Shown: positions 1 through 13,046 of the stretch, in pieces
Layout: each line of letters opens with the position of its first letter
How positions within the stretch are numbered: the first letter of the stretch is position 1
DNA from: Chromera velia
Lineage: Eukaryota
Reading direction: 5' to 3'
DNA length: 64,000 bases
Assembly: GCA_018398765.1 (NCBI GenBank)
Contig: JAHBMJ010000002.1
Coordinates: forward strand, 62,001-126,000
Notes under the pieces: model-generated
What the model was told of the DNA's origin: nothing
What the model saw: only the letters and a program-made list of their open reading frames with translations
Databases searched by the model: none
Made by a program: the position numbers and the translations under genes

Positions 1-794
1 TATTAGCAGTTTAAAGCCCTAAAATAATCATACTCAAATAAATTGTATACTATATACATAGTGATATATTAGTTAGAGTTCAGTCATAAAATGATGAATA
101 TTGAATTTTATTAGAATAAACTTTTGATAAATGTCAAAAATGGGATTTTTACTAGTCAAAAAATGGTTTTCTAGATTAATTTTCACTCAAAATATGGCCA
201 AATCTGCCTGTTTTTAGCTACTACCACTACCATTGGAACAGTACTATCGTGACCACAAAATTGGTAACCGGGCAGCCTAGCGGCCGCCTAGTAACCATCC
301 TACTTTCATTACTCCTAACCGTACTGTATATAAAAGATTTCTTCTATGATTTTTTTCATTCAGGAAATAACAAGAAATATGTAAAACGTAAATGAAAACT
401 ACTTCAAGTTACTTTAGATTACTGTAAGTATATGCATGTGTATGAATGTGTATGTGTTTTATACTCAGTCTAATATACTGTTCATATGCATAACACCCTA
501 GATAACACTATGTGCTCGGCGGTAGAAAGTGGTCGCAACAATGTTTTATTCAGATTATTCTCAGCAAAACGCAACAAAACACATTCAAGGGAAGTCTGGT
601 GTCTTTCTGTTCCATCTGATTGAATGTTCGGATCTTGTCATGATCCTGTGTCTAAGCAACAAAGAACTGCCGAACGCGACAGACGATTGAAAAACCGTCA
701 GAGGGACAAAAGACCCCACGTTTTGATGACTTCATGCTGTTAGTGGATGTGCCATCTAAGCACTTCATTGACGGATTGATGATTGATCGACTGA

Positions 795-3700
795 TCACTC
801 GAACTGGTCAATGTGAATCTTCTCCGCTTCCCGCCCCGCCTCTCCGTTCTCCCCTCCCTCTGGCGCCGCCCCGCTCGTTCTTCTCCCCGCAGAGGGGGGG
901 AAAGAGAGATCCGAAAACGAATGGGAACCCATGGCAGGCACCCGCCTCCCCTCGTGAAGAGTCCCGGCGGCCTCTGCCCCCAAAGGAGGGCTCGCCTCTG
1001 TGAAGCCCCTGTCGTTGGAGTCCTGCAGGAAGGAAGGAAAGACCAATCAAGGGATCGATCAAGTGTGAATAGAAGAGTAATGGAATGACTCACACTGAAG
1101 AGACGGAGGAGGGCAACAGACAGGAAGTCATGAAATGAGCAAGGAAAGAGAGAGGGAGAGAGAGGGGGAGGGATGGACGGATAAAGAGAAGCATCATTTT
1201 TTCTTCTGTTTATGAGTCCCTTACATCGCCTGCCCACCAATGAGCCGATCGAGTGACTGACTGACCAGTGCACGGCTTCTATTTGATCCTTGGTTGCTCT
1301 GTCTGTGCTCTGGTACCTCCCCTTGCGAGGCCTTCACTCTCTGCGCGTACAAGGAACCGATCAAGAAAGGAAGGAAGGATGCATCCATCCAATCATTTTT
1401 TGCACACACGAAGGACTTGAGATGAGAACCCACCGAGGAAGCCTTCCGCTCTCCTTCAACACAAGCACCGACAGATCCAGATCGGAAAGTGGATAGATAA
1501 AAAAAAACATGCAGCCAGAGAGGCCATTTGTCTCCTTTCAAAGATAGATTCACAATGTGGAATTGACAGAAAAATCGGCGGGCAGCGAAAAGAGACGCAG
1601 AGGGGGGGATTCTTTCCCCACAAGCTAGGCGAACTCTTACAGTCCTGAAGTCCACAATCTCACTTGCACCCACCCAGAAGACCAGGACAAAGAAAGGCAG
1701 CTAGGCCACATGCAGCAAACCAAAGAAAAAAGAAATGCCAACTCACCCCCGGTGTATCACTGCTCGACTCCCCAGAGAGTGCTCCTTCAAATATTCCCCT
1801 CCCGTCTCCGGACCCCCCCCCGCTAGTCCTGCCCTCCTCCAGACCCCACTCCTCCTCTCTCCTCATGCCCAGTCCCCTCGAAGACAGGGACCGTCTCCGA
1901 GCACTCCCGCGCTCAGTCTGCTGCTCCTCAGTTGCCTCCCCTCCCGCCTCTTCCTCCTCTGCCTCCTCCCCACCGTCACCTTCTTCCTCCCTGCCGCCCT
2001 GGGAGGAAAACCCGGCGCCTCCCTTGTCTTTTTCCTTCCGGAGAGTCTCGTACAGAAATGCATACACGGCTTCTGCACAGCAAGCACATGGAATGGCAAA
2101 GCAGGAGGGAGCCCTTTTGTTCCGATTGAGAGACCAAGCTCGTGATTCTGAAACGAGTAGATGGAAATAAATGCATTGGAAATGGAAAACATCTTTGACA
2201 CTTGAAGACAAAGAATCGGTTGAGCATGTTAGATTCGAACGACTCCCACGTCTCTGTCCGCTCTCGTCTATGTGCAAATGCTCAAATGCCCACCCGCCTA
2301 TGTGTACGGATACGGGTTTGCCCAAACCCCCAAACTTTCTGCTCTTTCTCATTCTTGCACGCTGATCGAATTTTCTTCTGCCGACCTTTTACCCACGTTC
2401 ACTTCCATACAGAATTGCAAGAAGAAAAAAAACTTCTGCCGACCTTCCACCCAGGTCCCGATGGCCTCAGCTCCTGCGAGGAAGAAGAGGAGGTGTCCTG
2501 CGAAAACGAGGACGCAGAAGAAACGAAACTCCGAAACATCGGCCCCCCTCACAGGGTGCACCTTTCTGCTTCCATGGATATCCCCGAAATCGTCTGCAGG
2601 GTCAAGGGCGTCCCCCCCTTCTGACTGCGCCTCCACAGATTGGGGAGACAGGGGGGGCTGTTCGCCTGGCAGGTAAACCTCCACATGGGGAGACATGGAG
2701 GCACTCATGGGTGTCGCCTTCTGTCTCTGCTGTGAAGAAGAAGACGAATCGACTCCCAAGATCATCTCAACCAGAGAGACTGCAGTGCGCGCTTCGGAAT
2801 CCACCTCCACCTCCAGCTGCTGGTCTCCGGGGAAGATTATGTCTTGAGGTGAGGAGGTGGGGCTTTGGGTGTATTCGGTGAGTTTTGTGGGTCTTGATCT
2901 TCGGATTGATTCCCGAAGACCTGCTTGAAGTACTGCCTGGGCTCCTTTCTCCTTCTCCCTCTGTCGTCTTCGTTGGATGTCCATTTTTCCTCTTTCTCTT
3001 CCCCTTCCTTCCTCGCTGATCAGCCGTCTCCGTTCCCGCTGCTCCTGTTGTAAAGACAGAAAAATCGATCCCTCATCCCCTTCCTCATTCTCCCAATCTG
3101 CGGCTTCCTCATCCTCCAGTCGTGCCTGTTCCTCAAAAGCTGCACGGAGACGGGCCTGCTGCTCACTGGCAGGACCTCTCATGTAGATGTCCCCAAAGGC
3201 GTCTCGGGAGAGCAGGTCAGAGAGGGCCCTGACTGACTCCATCAAAAGAATACATCCGACAAAAGCAGATACGTACATTGTCAGCCGAAGACCGAAGCTT
3301 CGGACGTTTCTCTGTCGGCTCTTTCCATCCCTCTGTGTTGTCTCACCACTCGCTCTTCTCTCCCCCCCCCGCTCTCGGTCTCGTTCTCTCTCCTGCTGTC
3401 GCAGTTCCGTTTCGCCTCGAACAAATTTCACACAAAGTTGAAGACCCTCGTTGAAATAGAACACCGCCACACAGGCAAAGAACACCTGCACACAGAAAGA
3501 AAGAGCAGCAAGATGAAGAACACTCTCCTAATGGCAAAAGATCCCGTTTCCTTTTCTCTCCCAAAACCCCACCGGAAAAAAGACCCACCACCCCAGAAAG
3601 AGATCTCCAACGGACCTGCACAGGAAAGAGCGCCCAGTGCCAAGGCAGAGCCTGTTCTCTCACGAAGTTGTCCAGCAGAAGAGCAGAGAGGGCAACTCCC

Positions 3701-4032
3701 AGCCCCAGACAGAACGGCGAGGCTGCAAGAATCGCATCCACCGGACCCCCAACGTCCCTCGACAACTGAGGGACAGAGAAAGTGACAGAGACAGAGACAG
3801 AGACAGAGACACAGACAGAGACACAGACAGAGACAGAGACAGAGACACAGACAGAGACAGAGACAGAGACAGAGACACAGACAGAGACAGAGACAGAGAC
3901 AGAGAAAGAGACAGAGACAGAGACAGAGAAAGTGACAGAGACAGAGACAGAGACAGAGAAAGAGACAGAGACAGAGACAGAGAAAGTGACAGAGACAGAG
4001 ACAGAGACAGAGAAAGTGACAGAGACAGAGAC

Positions 4033-4076
<44 letters not shown>

Positions 4077-5889
4077 GGAGAGAGAGACAGAGACAGGGAC
4101 AGAGAAAGTTAGCAAAGATGGACAACGAGGTTGATAGAAACAAACAACGGAATAAAAGTGGTGGACTGACCCAGAATGCCACGGCAGTCACTAGATTGAC
4201 ACACAAAGATTACATTCTTTCTGCCTGTACGACTTGGCATATCTACAGATTCAATTTGATTTAGCTGTTCTGCTGAAACTGACATGAAGCTGACGGGTCA
4301 CCGAAGGTAGAGGAGAAGAAAGGAGCATACCTAATTCTCATTCTACATCCCACTCCCCACCCAAGCACCATGCAGAGCCCGAGCAGGCTACCAACCAACT
4401 GACCCTGGCCATGACCAGCAGGAGACCAACGAGAAAGGGGATCATGCTCTCTGTGGTCGTCTCCGTTGACCGCACTGCCACCTGCAGAATGGGAAAATGG
4501 ATACTTACTGTGTGAATCGGACAATCGGCAAAGCTATATAGAAGACAGAAAAATTCATATGAAGTGCATTCTGTGTAACAGAAACAAAACTTACAAGGTG
4601 ATGGAGAGTCGGTCTCACAAAATCAGATGTTCAAACACACACTCACACATGCATACAGATTTTTTTAAATTCACACGTGCACGCCTCCGCAAGAGAGGGG
4701 GGAAGGGGGGGAGCCGATCGATCAACGAGGCGAGTGGGAAATAGATCAGCAGAAGGAAAAAAAGAACAGCAGGGGAAGGCGGACACGTCGACGAACGTTT
4801 GGGACCCTCCATCTCCTCTTTCTCTCTCTTTCTGTTTGTCCGGAGTCTCCCACCACCACCCATTCACCTGATTGTAGAGCATGGAGGAGGTCACCAGGAG
4901 ACAAAGGGACACCACCAGCTTGTCTATCAGTCCGATGGCTGCTCTCCACATGCTGCAGGCAGGGGTGGGCAGGGAACAGAAGAGAGGGGTAGAGAAAGAG
5001 AGAGGGGGGGGGGTTGACAAAACGAGGGGAAGGCAAGAAGAGACTTTTCAAGACAAACGAGGTAAATGAGAGAGCAACAAAATGATTGAGCATAGAAGGC
5101 TTGAAACCCCCGGGCTCAAGACAGGCGGAGTCGCATGCATGCGTTAAACCACAGAGCCTGCGATAAGAGTAAAGGCATTGCTTCTACGTGTCTACGTACA
5201 GAACAAAGTTGCTCCCACACAGCATTCAAAGCACAAAGGATCAGGTAAGAAGCCACACTGCACCTCGATCGGCACACAAGCACGTAGAAGAAACATGCAG
5301 TCAGTCAGGCAGGCGACGAGACAGGACGGATTAAATGGCTGCATGCCCTTCATTTTTCATCCCAGGAGGCAGAAAAGGCGAAAGAGAGAAGTGCGAGGCT
5401 GAGAGTCTGGTCTGAGATAAGGCAAAGATGTCATTTCAGTGCCGGAGCAGCATAACTGGCCCTTCCATCCACGGACGTGCTGACCTCATCATTTCTGTGC
5501 GCACAGCGAAGTACAGAGCCAGACCTATCGCCACCCCAACGGCAAGGACCATGCATACTGCTCCAAGCAGAAGGGGAAGCACTGCACACAGACGAATGAC
5601 CTTGGTATGAACACAGGTCAACATCCTGCCTGCCCGAGGAGGCGTTCCATGTATGCATATGCAGACACGACGGACAAACTGACTGACCTAGATATCGGAG
5701 GTCGACGATGGAGTTGGGGTCATAGAGAAAAAGGATCCCTATGAAAAGGGAAAGCGAAACTTTCGCATGGAGAAATGACCCAACAAGCCATTTGAACGAC
5801 TGCCGTGTCCCTTTCTCCTCCTCCTCAAACTTCTTCAGTCCCGAGACCAGCCTCTCCTGGTCCTTTGCGCGTCTGTATTCGTTTAACAT
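795..5889 (-). CDS. Multi-exon hypothetical multi-pass membrane protein (weak TMEM185/TMEM203-like LLLD...WxWxLFP motif)
   Basis: Hydrophobic coding segments bounded by AG/GT lie in series on the minus strand: MLNEYRR...SIVDLRYL (from 5889), ..LAVGVAIGLALYFAVR.. (~5440-5620), ..IDKLVVSLCLLVTSSMLYNQ (~4870-4955), ..ALSALLLDNFVREQALPWHWALFPVQ (~3615-3770), a long exon ~2400-3490, and a probable last exon ending KIHIDQFE* at 795. Several exon boundaries are unresolved. Confidence 0.5.
3770..4105. repeat. Intronic (GACAGA)n / (GA)n microsatellite
   Basis: Directly visible. It produces the spurious RDRDRD, ETETET and SLSLSL ORFs. Confidence 0.95.
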
Positions 5890-6089
5890 CTTTGCCGATA
5901 AGGTCAGAGAAAAATCAGTGCGACGGCTGCAGCCCTTTTGTATTTTGATATTTCGTGTAGTCAGTCTTGCAGCTTGCTTGCCTTTGTGTCTTGCCCTTAC
6001 TAAAGGGCAGGACGAAGCCACGTACACCCGAATAACGGCTCCAGCTGCAGTGATCTGACACTTCGATTATTATATAGTCATTCAATTAA

Positions 6090-6290
6090 CAGGGACGCAT
6101 GCATGCATGCATGCACTTCAATTTCTCCGCTTCTGATAGGACATGCAGACGGACGGACGAGGGGCGCGGGGCATGCCGTGGCCCCTATATATAAATTCTC
6201 GCGGTTCCTGCATGGCCTTCGCTTTGCGGGCATGCTAGGCGGGCATGCTAGGCGGGCATGCACAAGACTGGCACAAGTACTATAAAGTAG
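6090..6290. promoter_or_regulatory. Candidate promoter: (GCAT)n/TGCATGCA run, TATA-like boxes and three tandem GCGGGCATGC
   Basis: gcatgcatgcatgcatgca at ~6097-6115, CCTATATATAAA at ~6184, GCGGGCATGC(TAG) x3 at ~6226-6261, TATAAAG at ~6281. It lies just upstream of the minus-strand gene. Confidence 0.4.
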
Positions 6291-7637
6291 AACTACACCA
6301 TCTCCCGCAACATCCCGCAACTGCCCTCACAGACGCACAGAGAGAGGACCATGCATAAGTCTGAGACCGAACAAAGCACTCCCCCCTAATATCATGCAGT
6401 GCCATCCTTTCTCCTGAATCACTCTACTCACTGTCGTTTTTCCTTCTCATTCCCTCTTTCTCTCTTCTTTCTCTTCCTCAGGCAGCTCGTACGTTTGTTT
6501 GAAACCTTCTGCTACCTGCTGGGGCATCATGCTGTCTTTTGTTTTTCTTTGTGTTGCCCTCCTGTCTTCCTTACCCAGTCTCGTCCACACCTTCTTCTTA
6601 GTGGCAAGCTTAGTGGTTCTGGCAAATATCATGATGCATGCCCCGGCCAGACACCTGGCTCACGCATATATGTGGACGCGGCGGAAAACCACTGGAAGAC
6701 CTCTCTAGCTCAAAATTAACTTAAAGTTTCATAAATTAATTTATCATTCTTTTACATTTAATATATATAACATATCAGATTAATAGAAATCATAGAATAA
6801 AGTAGAACATACTAAGTAGAACAAACGTCTTCTATCTAGTGATTTTTATCTTTTAAAAAAGTGATATAATCCCTAAGACATTTCTCTTTGCATACTCACA
6901 TTTTTCCAAAAAATGAACAAAATCATTTATACACGGAACCGTGTGCCCTATATCAATCAATCAATCAATCACAACTAAATTCACATCCATTTTTCAATCA
7001 TTTTTCAAAAATATAATTTTTTTGCCAGTGTAGAAGAAGAATAACGAACGCATACGCAGCAGTATGCGCCTATTGTCATCGTCATCAGCATCATATACAT
7101 GATCGTCAGGGTTCATTCGATTGTCACAACATTGAATGACGATCGAGAGTACGTATGCGATTGTGCATTATTATAAGAGCGACAAGCGTTGTCCTTCGTC
7201 TTCGATTGTGCAGGTTTGTGCAGTCGCAAGAGGGCGGGCTCTTTGCAAGGGATATCCCCTCTCAAACGATTTCTCTTTTACCTGAGATTGCTGGTTAGTC
7301 TCTCTGTCAGTCTGTGCCTCCGCTTCTCTAGTTGTCGATTGTACGGCACCCTTGCATGTTTGCATTCTGCCGGTCATGCAGCGCGATACTGATCGAGACT
7401 ACTTGGGGTACATTCAATGACATGACTTCGTGTGTGCAACGGAAATGATCAACGGGTGAGCGTGCGAGCGTGCACGCGCATTCCTTCCCTCTCCCACCCA
7501 CTTTGCCTCTCGCCCGCCCAGACGTGTACCCCTCCCAATATGCATACGGAGAGAACTGTTTGAAGACTTCACCCTCCTTTCCCTTTCCCTCCACATCCCT
7601 CCTGTGTCTCCTTGTTTTCCGTTGTGACTTAATTGAA

Positions 7638-8098
7638 TCAGGTGAGGAAGGACTTGAATAGCGTCTCGTCCTCAGCAGAGGCAAAGGGGCCCAACGAGAT
7701 GTCCTTCAGGCTCCACTGCAGAACGTCCTCGAACCCCTCCTCTTTGGTGGGCCGTTCCACGTTCTTGAAGAAAGAGTGGATCACCTGCAGGCAAGTGCAC
7801 ACACACACACACACACACAACACACACATGCATGCTCTCATGCAGATGCAAGACAAGACCGGGGGTACAGGGGACTGGGAAAAGAAAAAAGAGACGGCCG
7901 GGCAGGACTTGAAACATGAGGAGTATCCAACCTCACAACCGACAGTAGACAAGGGAATGTATTTGGTCAGGCTGAACTTATGCCGTCGTCTCTCGACACG
8001 GTATCCCTCTTCTGGCTTCTCTCGAGGACCCCACCGTCAGTCCATGTATCCACACACACACACACACACACACGAGCATCCGCACACGAACCAACGCG

Positions 8099-8143
<45 letters not shown>

Positions 8144-8611
8144 CCAACACCATCCGGGAACGACGTCAAACGGCTTTGCTCTCGGATCTGTCTAATTATT
8201 GCCTGACCGACCATGGGAGGCACTTTGTGTGCCCTGGACTCCTGGCTGGACTTGGAGAAGGACCTGCAGGCGTGCGTGCGTCAGAGACCAAGCAAAGGGG
8301 AGAGAGAAGAGAAGAGGAGGGGAGAGGAGATGCGAGACAACTTTCGAGAAAGTGCCTATTAGTCGATATGCTTTGGCGTGAATGGCTTACATTGTCTTTC
8401 TTTGGGCATCTGATTCACAGGCGACATTAGGGCAGGGTCAGTGGAGTGTATCTCAACTAAAGCCGAGATTTGCATGCATCTGAAAACGAGGAATCAAGAA
8501 AAAGAGGGAGAAAAAAAAAAGCACAGCTTCAAGACTCCCGTTGCCACAGACCGGAGCCTGCCGAGGGAAGGATAGTTCATAAGTGTCATTTCGCAAACAA
8601 ACAAATATGAT

Positions 8612-8650
<39 letters not shown>

Positions 8651-11145
8651 CTTTCTGCGTGTTTTTGTACGTATGTGTGTCTCCGTTTTCGTTCCTCAGC
8701 TGTCCTTCCTTCTCCTGATCTGCCCTTCGGATTGCCATTCTCCTCCTCCTCCTTTCCACGTCCCCCTCCCTCCCTTTGTACCTGTATGCGTTTGTGTGGA
8801 AGCAAAACTCCTTGGGGACTTCCAGCACCAGCGCCCTCGCAGGGACGCCCTTCTCCTTGCAGAGGGAAAGATAGCCCGCCCTCGTGCCCTTGTCCTTGTT
8901 CTGGTTGTCCACCACCACAGACCTGGAAGGAAGGAAGGAAGGGAAGGAAGGAAGGAAGGAAGGAAGGAAGGAAGGATGGAAGGAAGGAAGGAAGGAAGAA
9001 AGGAAGAAAGGAAGAAAGGAAGAAAGGAAGAAAGGAAGAAAGGAAGAAAGGATGAAAGGAAGAAAGGAAGAAAGGAAGAAAGGAAGAAAGGAAGGAAGGA
9101 AGGAAAGAAGGAAGGAAAGAAGGAAGGAAGGAAGGAACGAAGGAAGAAAGGAAGGAAGACGGGCAGAAATGTGAAAGGTGAAAACAGACGAGTGCTTGGG
9201 GCTTCTCGAAATCTGTTTCCGTACGCTTGAGTGTTTCCTAGCTTTACATTGTTGCAAGGGGGGGAGATGGAATGAGAATTTTTAAATGAGAAGCGAAGTG
9301 CAGAAAACGAGCCATAACAAAAAGAATGAGAAAAAGGAGACAGTCACCCAAAGAGGCTCGCTCAAATGGCCGTGAAGTCATTCAAGTCTCCTTCTTGACA
9401 GGAAAAGAAAAGGGGGACTGACTTTCCCTTCTCCAGAGCCTCCTTCGCAGTCTTCAGGCACTTCTCTTTGGTCTTCAGCGTGTCTTGGTTCACCCGAGCG
9501 TAGGAAGAGAAGGTGCGCGTTGCAAAGAAGCTCTTGCCAGACCCAGGCGGGCCTACCTGTACGGACGGATGGACGCGCAGAAGGACAGAAAGAGAGAAGA
9601 TGCAGGACGAATTCTCTTCGGATGCTCACTATTATCTGTGGACGAAGAGACTATACAGACTGATACGTCTGGCTAGACCAAAGCAGAAAACTCCGCACCA
9701 CAAAGGCAATACAAAAAAAAATCGACAGCAGCCCAGTCACGCGCACGGCAGCAAAGCCACTTGGTCATTCACGTTCCTGCCGTCAACGAAAGTGAAGACA
9801 AAATGTTAAAGGAGCCAGGAAAATTCTTAGAAAGACGACTTGGACAGTTGAATTACGAGAAAGAGGCGGGCAGTCAGGTAGTCAGTCAGGCAAGAAAATC
9901 GGTGCATCAATCGATTGGCTTGTTTTCATGTCTGTGTGGAAGGGAGAGACAGGTAAGGATCACACCTGCATGTACCTACAAGCAGTCAGCACAATGAGAA
10001 AGAGGGAGAGAGACTGACCACCAGAATGAGTTCCTGCTTGTCAGATGGTCCGATCTCAGCCGCCTGCTTGTTCTCCTTCCCTGCCTGTACCTGGTTCCCT
10101 TTGCCCATCTGTCTGGGGTCAAACGTGAATGTCGAGGGAACGTTGGTGGCCTTGTTTGCTCCAAGAAGAGCCTCCTCGGGGGTCCTGCACGTCGGTTTTG
10201 TTTTTGTTTTCTTTCATGCACAACACGGAAGCGTAATGAGTGATAAGAAAAGATTGAGCTAGGGAAGCAGACACTGACTCAGTCAATCGGATAAACACTC
10301 GTCCTTTTTCCTTTGCTAAGGCCCAGACCAAAAGAAACAACACTGTAATCAGGACCCCGGCACATCACCACAAGTTCCTCATTGTTCCAGAAGGCCCCCC
10401 CCCGTCCCCGCCCCCGACTAACTTGAACCCGACGCCCCAGTTGAGTGCGAACTTCAGATCCGAGTCGGAGTGGTCTTTCTTGCGAGAACCCCCCGCGGGG
10501 CGACCAGCAGCATCGCCGCAGTAGAAGGAGGTCTGCTTGTCCAAGTCCCTGAAGGCAGTCAGTCCGCAAGTCAGGGAGGCAGACAGGCAGGCAGGCAGGA
10601 AGGTACAGAAAGTCATGACATACGGAAAAATGCCAACCAACAAAAGCACAAGTCGAACATTCATTGAGCCTTGAATGGGACGGCCAAACACAAGAACTGT
10701 GAGGAGCCGAGAATACCACGGAAAATACTCTCAGAGACTCCTGATGGATCTGCACCTTGCTGTGAAGTGACACAACGCATCGGTGATCAATCTACCTTGC
10801 ATGCCGACAAGCAACAAGCAAAACCTAGTGACAGGCTGCTTTCTTATTTGCTTGCCTTAGATTTTTCCTCCGCACCATCTTCTCTGCAAATCGCGCGTGA
10901 AGAAAGAATCTTAGTGACTGACCATGCCCCTCCGTTGACTGTCTTCATCAGGTTGAAGAGGCCCGGGGCTGGTTTGCGGTACATGTCGTCTCCCGTTGCT
11001 GCGAACACCTGAGAGCAGGCAAAAAGCAAAATGCGTGGATAGGAAGCGAATGTTGGTCGCCAGGGAGACAGAGGAAAAAAGGAGAAAGGCAGAGGGAGGG
11101 AGGAACTCAAAAAGAAAGAGAGGAACACACGTACGCACGCGCGCG

Positions 11146-11193
<48 letters not shown>

Positions 11194-12320
11194 AGGGAAG
11201 ACAGACCTGGATGGGCACATCGAGAGCCTTCACGACCCCCTCAATTCTTCCCATGACGTCATTGATCGAGGTCTTTCCGGTAGTCACGCCCCTACACACA
11301 CATTTGTGCATGTGTATGTGCGAGTCTGGACGTGAGGGCACAGGCAGGCAAAGAGAGGACGAGTGTACTCAGAAGAACGTGAAATGCGGATGAGGGTGGG
11401 AGAGGATTTGGAAGGTAAATATCTGGAGAATTCAATGGGATTCACTGCCCGACTGTCTTCTGCCTCTTCGCTGGCCACGTCTCAGGCCGCCTGTCTGCTT
11501 GCTAAGCGAAGGCACTCACTTCTGGTTGGTCACGATTTGGAGCAGGAAGCCGTCTCTGTGGAGACGCTGCAGGGACTCCTTCACCTTCTTTGGGTCCAGA
11601 AGCTTCCAGTCCGAGGCATCCTTGGCAAACGCCCCCCCGGACTTGGTCACCACCAGGGTACCTGCAGGCAGGGCCCAAGAAAGGATGAGTGCTCTTTGTC
11701 ATTGTAGGTGTGCTGCTTGGTCGAAACTTCCGCCACGGGCGTGCGTAGAGAGACGGGAAGAAACGTCCGAAGAAGCAGACGATATAGGGTGCGTCTGTCT
11801 GCAAATGCTTGCGGTTGCTTTCCACTTCGGGAGCTTTCATGCGGTGACTGTGTGCGCACGAGACGTTTCCCTCTGGTAATAGATACGAACACAATAGCTG
11901 CATGTTGATGGATAGTATTGAAGACAGATCACGCTCTTTGAAAGCAGACCAAGTACTCCCGAAAGAGTGAAGCATCTTTTCGGTTTGCTGTCCGAATGGT
12001 CCCAATGGCATCTCGGGCTGCTTCGTCTTTTTTCTACCGATTTTTTTTCTTCGAAAGAAGCAAGCGAAAACGGAAGAGAGGGAACATGCGAGACAGAAGG
12101 AACTTCACTTTAGAAGCTTGCCCCCCTCCAAACAAATGTATGACTGACCATCCAAGTCAAAACTGGCCACTTTCACCTTTGAAGATCCCTCTGGCATCTT
12201 CCAGCCCCCAAAATTTTTCCAGTAGACGGTGCCGCCGTGCTGATTCCACTCGGACATCACCGACGGCTTCGCACCTCCTCCTTCCACCTTCTGCTTCTTT
12301 GCCGGAGGAGAGTCCGACAT
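7638..12320 (-). CDS. PNKP: Bifunctional polynucleotide 5'-kinase/3'-phosphatase, multi-exon, no FHA domain seen
   Basis: Spliced exons give MSDSPPAKKQKV (NLS-like), the HAD motif SFDLD|GTLVVTKSG, IVTNQ, MYRKPAPG, SFYCGDAAGRP..KDHSDSDLKFA, the P-loop VGPPGSGKS, RVNQDTLKT, SVVVDNQN, and a last exon ending LFKSFLT* at 7638. Confidence 0.92.
8925..9157. repeat. (GAAG)n / (GAAAGGAA)n microsatellite in a PNKP intron
   Basis: Directly visible purine-rich tandem repeat. Confidence 0.95.
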
Positions 12321-13046
12321 GCTTCCCAAGGGCGTGAAGAAAGTACACCGGTGCGATTGGGCAGAAAATGAGCGCACGAAACCAACGCTTACAGGTCTGC
12401 GGAAACTGCCAGGAAAAGCCGGAGACAGTCCGACACTGACACGGAAGAGGGAAAGGAAAAGGAAGAGAATTCCAAGAAAGAGACGCCGGGTCCAAAGAAA
12501 AAGGGAACCCTGCCTTCTTTGCATACGCGCCGGACCAGCACAGCGGGGGGGCAATTACAGCGTGTGTGAGTAGTCTGACAGGTTCAAGAATCCAGCGCGA
12601 CAATCGGACACTTTTCAGACAGTGAAAATGATCGGAATTATATCGGAATTCAATCGAATGATTCGAAGCCGTCTATAACACGCACATTTCGCGATTTTCG
12701 TCTCGATCTCTACACGAAGCCGCCCGGCGCGGGCCGCGACATGCCGCGACGGAGACGGCTTTGTATTCATAGATCTTTCAATCATCTTTGTAGCATCTCG
12801 ATCGCGTTTTCGACGTATTCTTTCTCATTCTACTCTTCAGACTTCGCTTCTGTAAGCGGGCTGCTTGCAGGTTCAGCACTCTTTGCGCGCTCACTCGTTT
12901 CATCATCGCGGGTTTCGGCTGTTGTTTCGGTTTTTGTCCCTAGTTCCTCACCGGACGCGTTTTGGTTTTGTCTACTCCTTGATTCAGTGGACAATCAGAG
13001 AAATTTTCCCTTCCGACCACTGCAGAGACTCTCCCCCCAAAAAATC

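Noticed and set aside
3343..4264. Low-complexity ORFs (RD, ET, SL, SV repeats) and similar ones at 8583-9257, 16851-17972, 36891-37717 and 45768-46402
   Set aside because: They are translations of intronic or intergenic microsatellites in several frames.
6399..6719. Small hydrophobic plus-strand ORFs after a TATA box
   Set aside because: No recognisable motif. The hydrophobicity is explained by pyrimidine-rich DNA.
12741..13046. N-terminal extension of the ZnF-UBP/RING ORF (similarly 21551-21691 and 42002-42385)
   Set aside because: The composition is UTR-like, and recognisable domain sequence starts at the downstream ATG.
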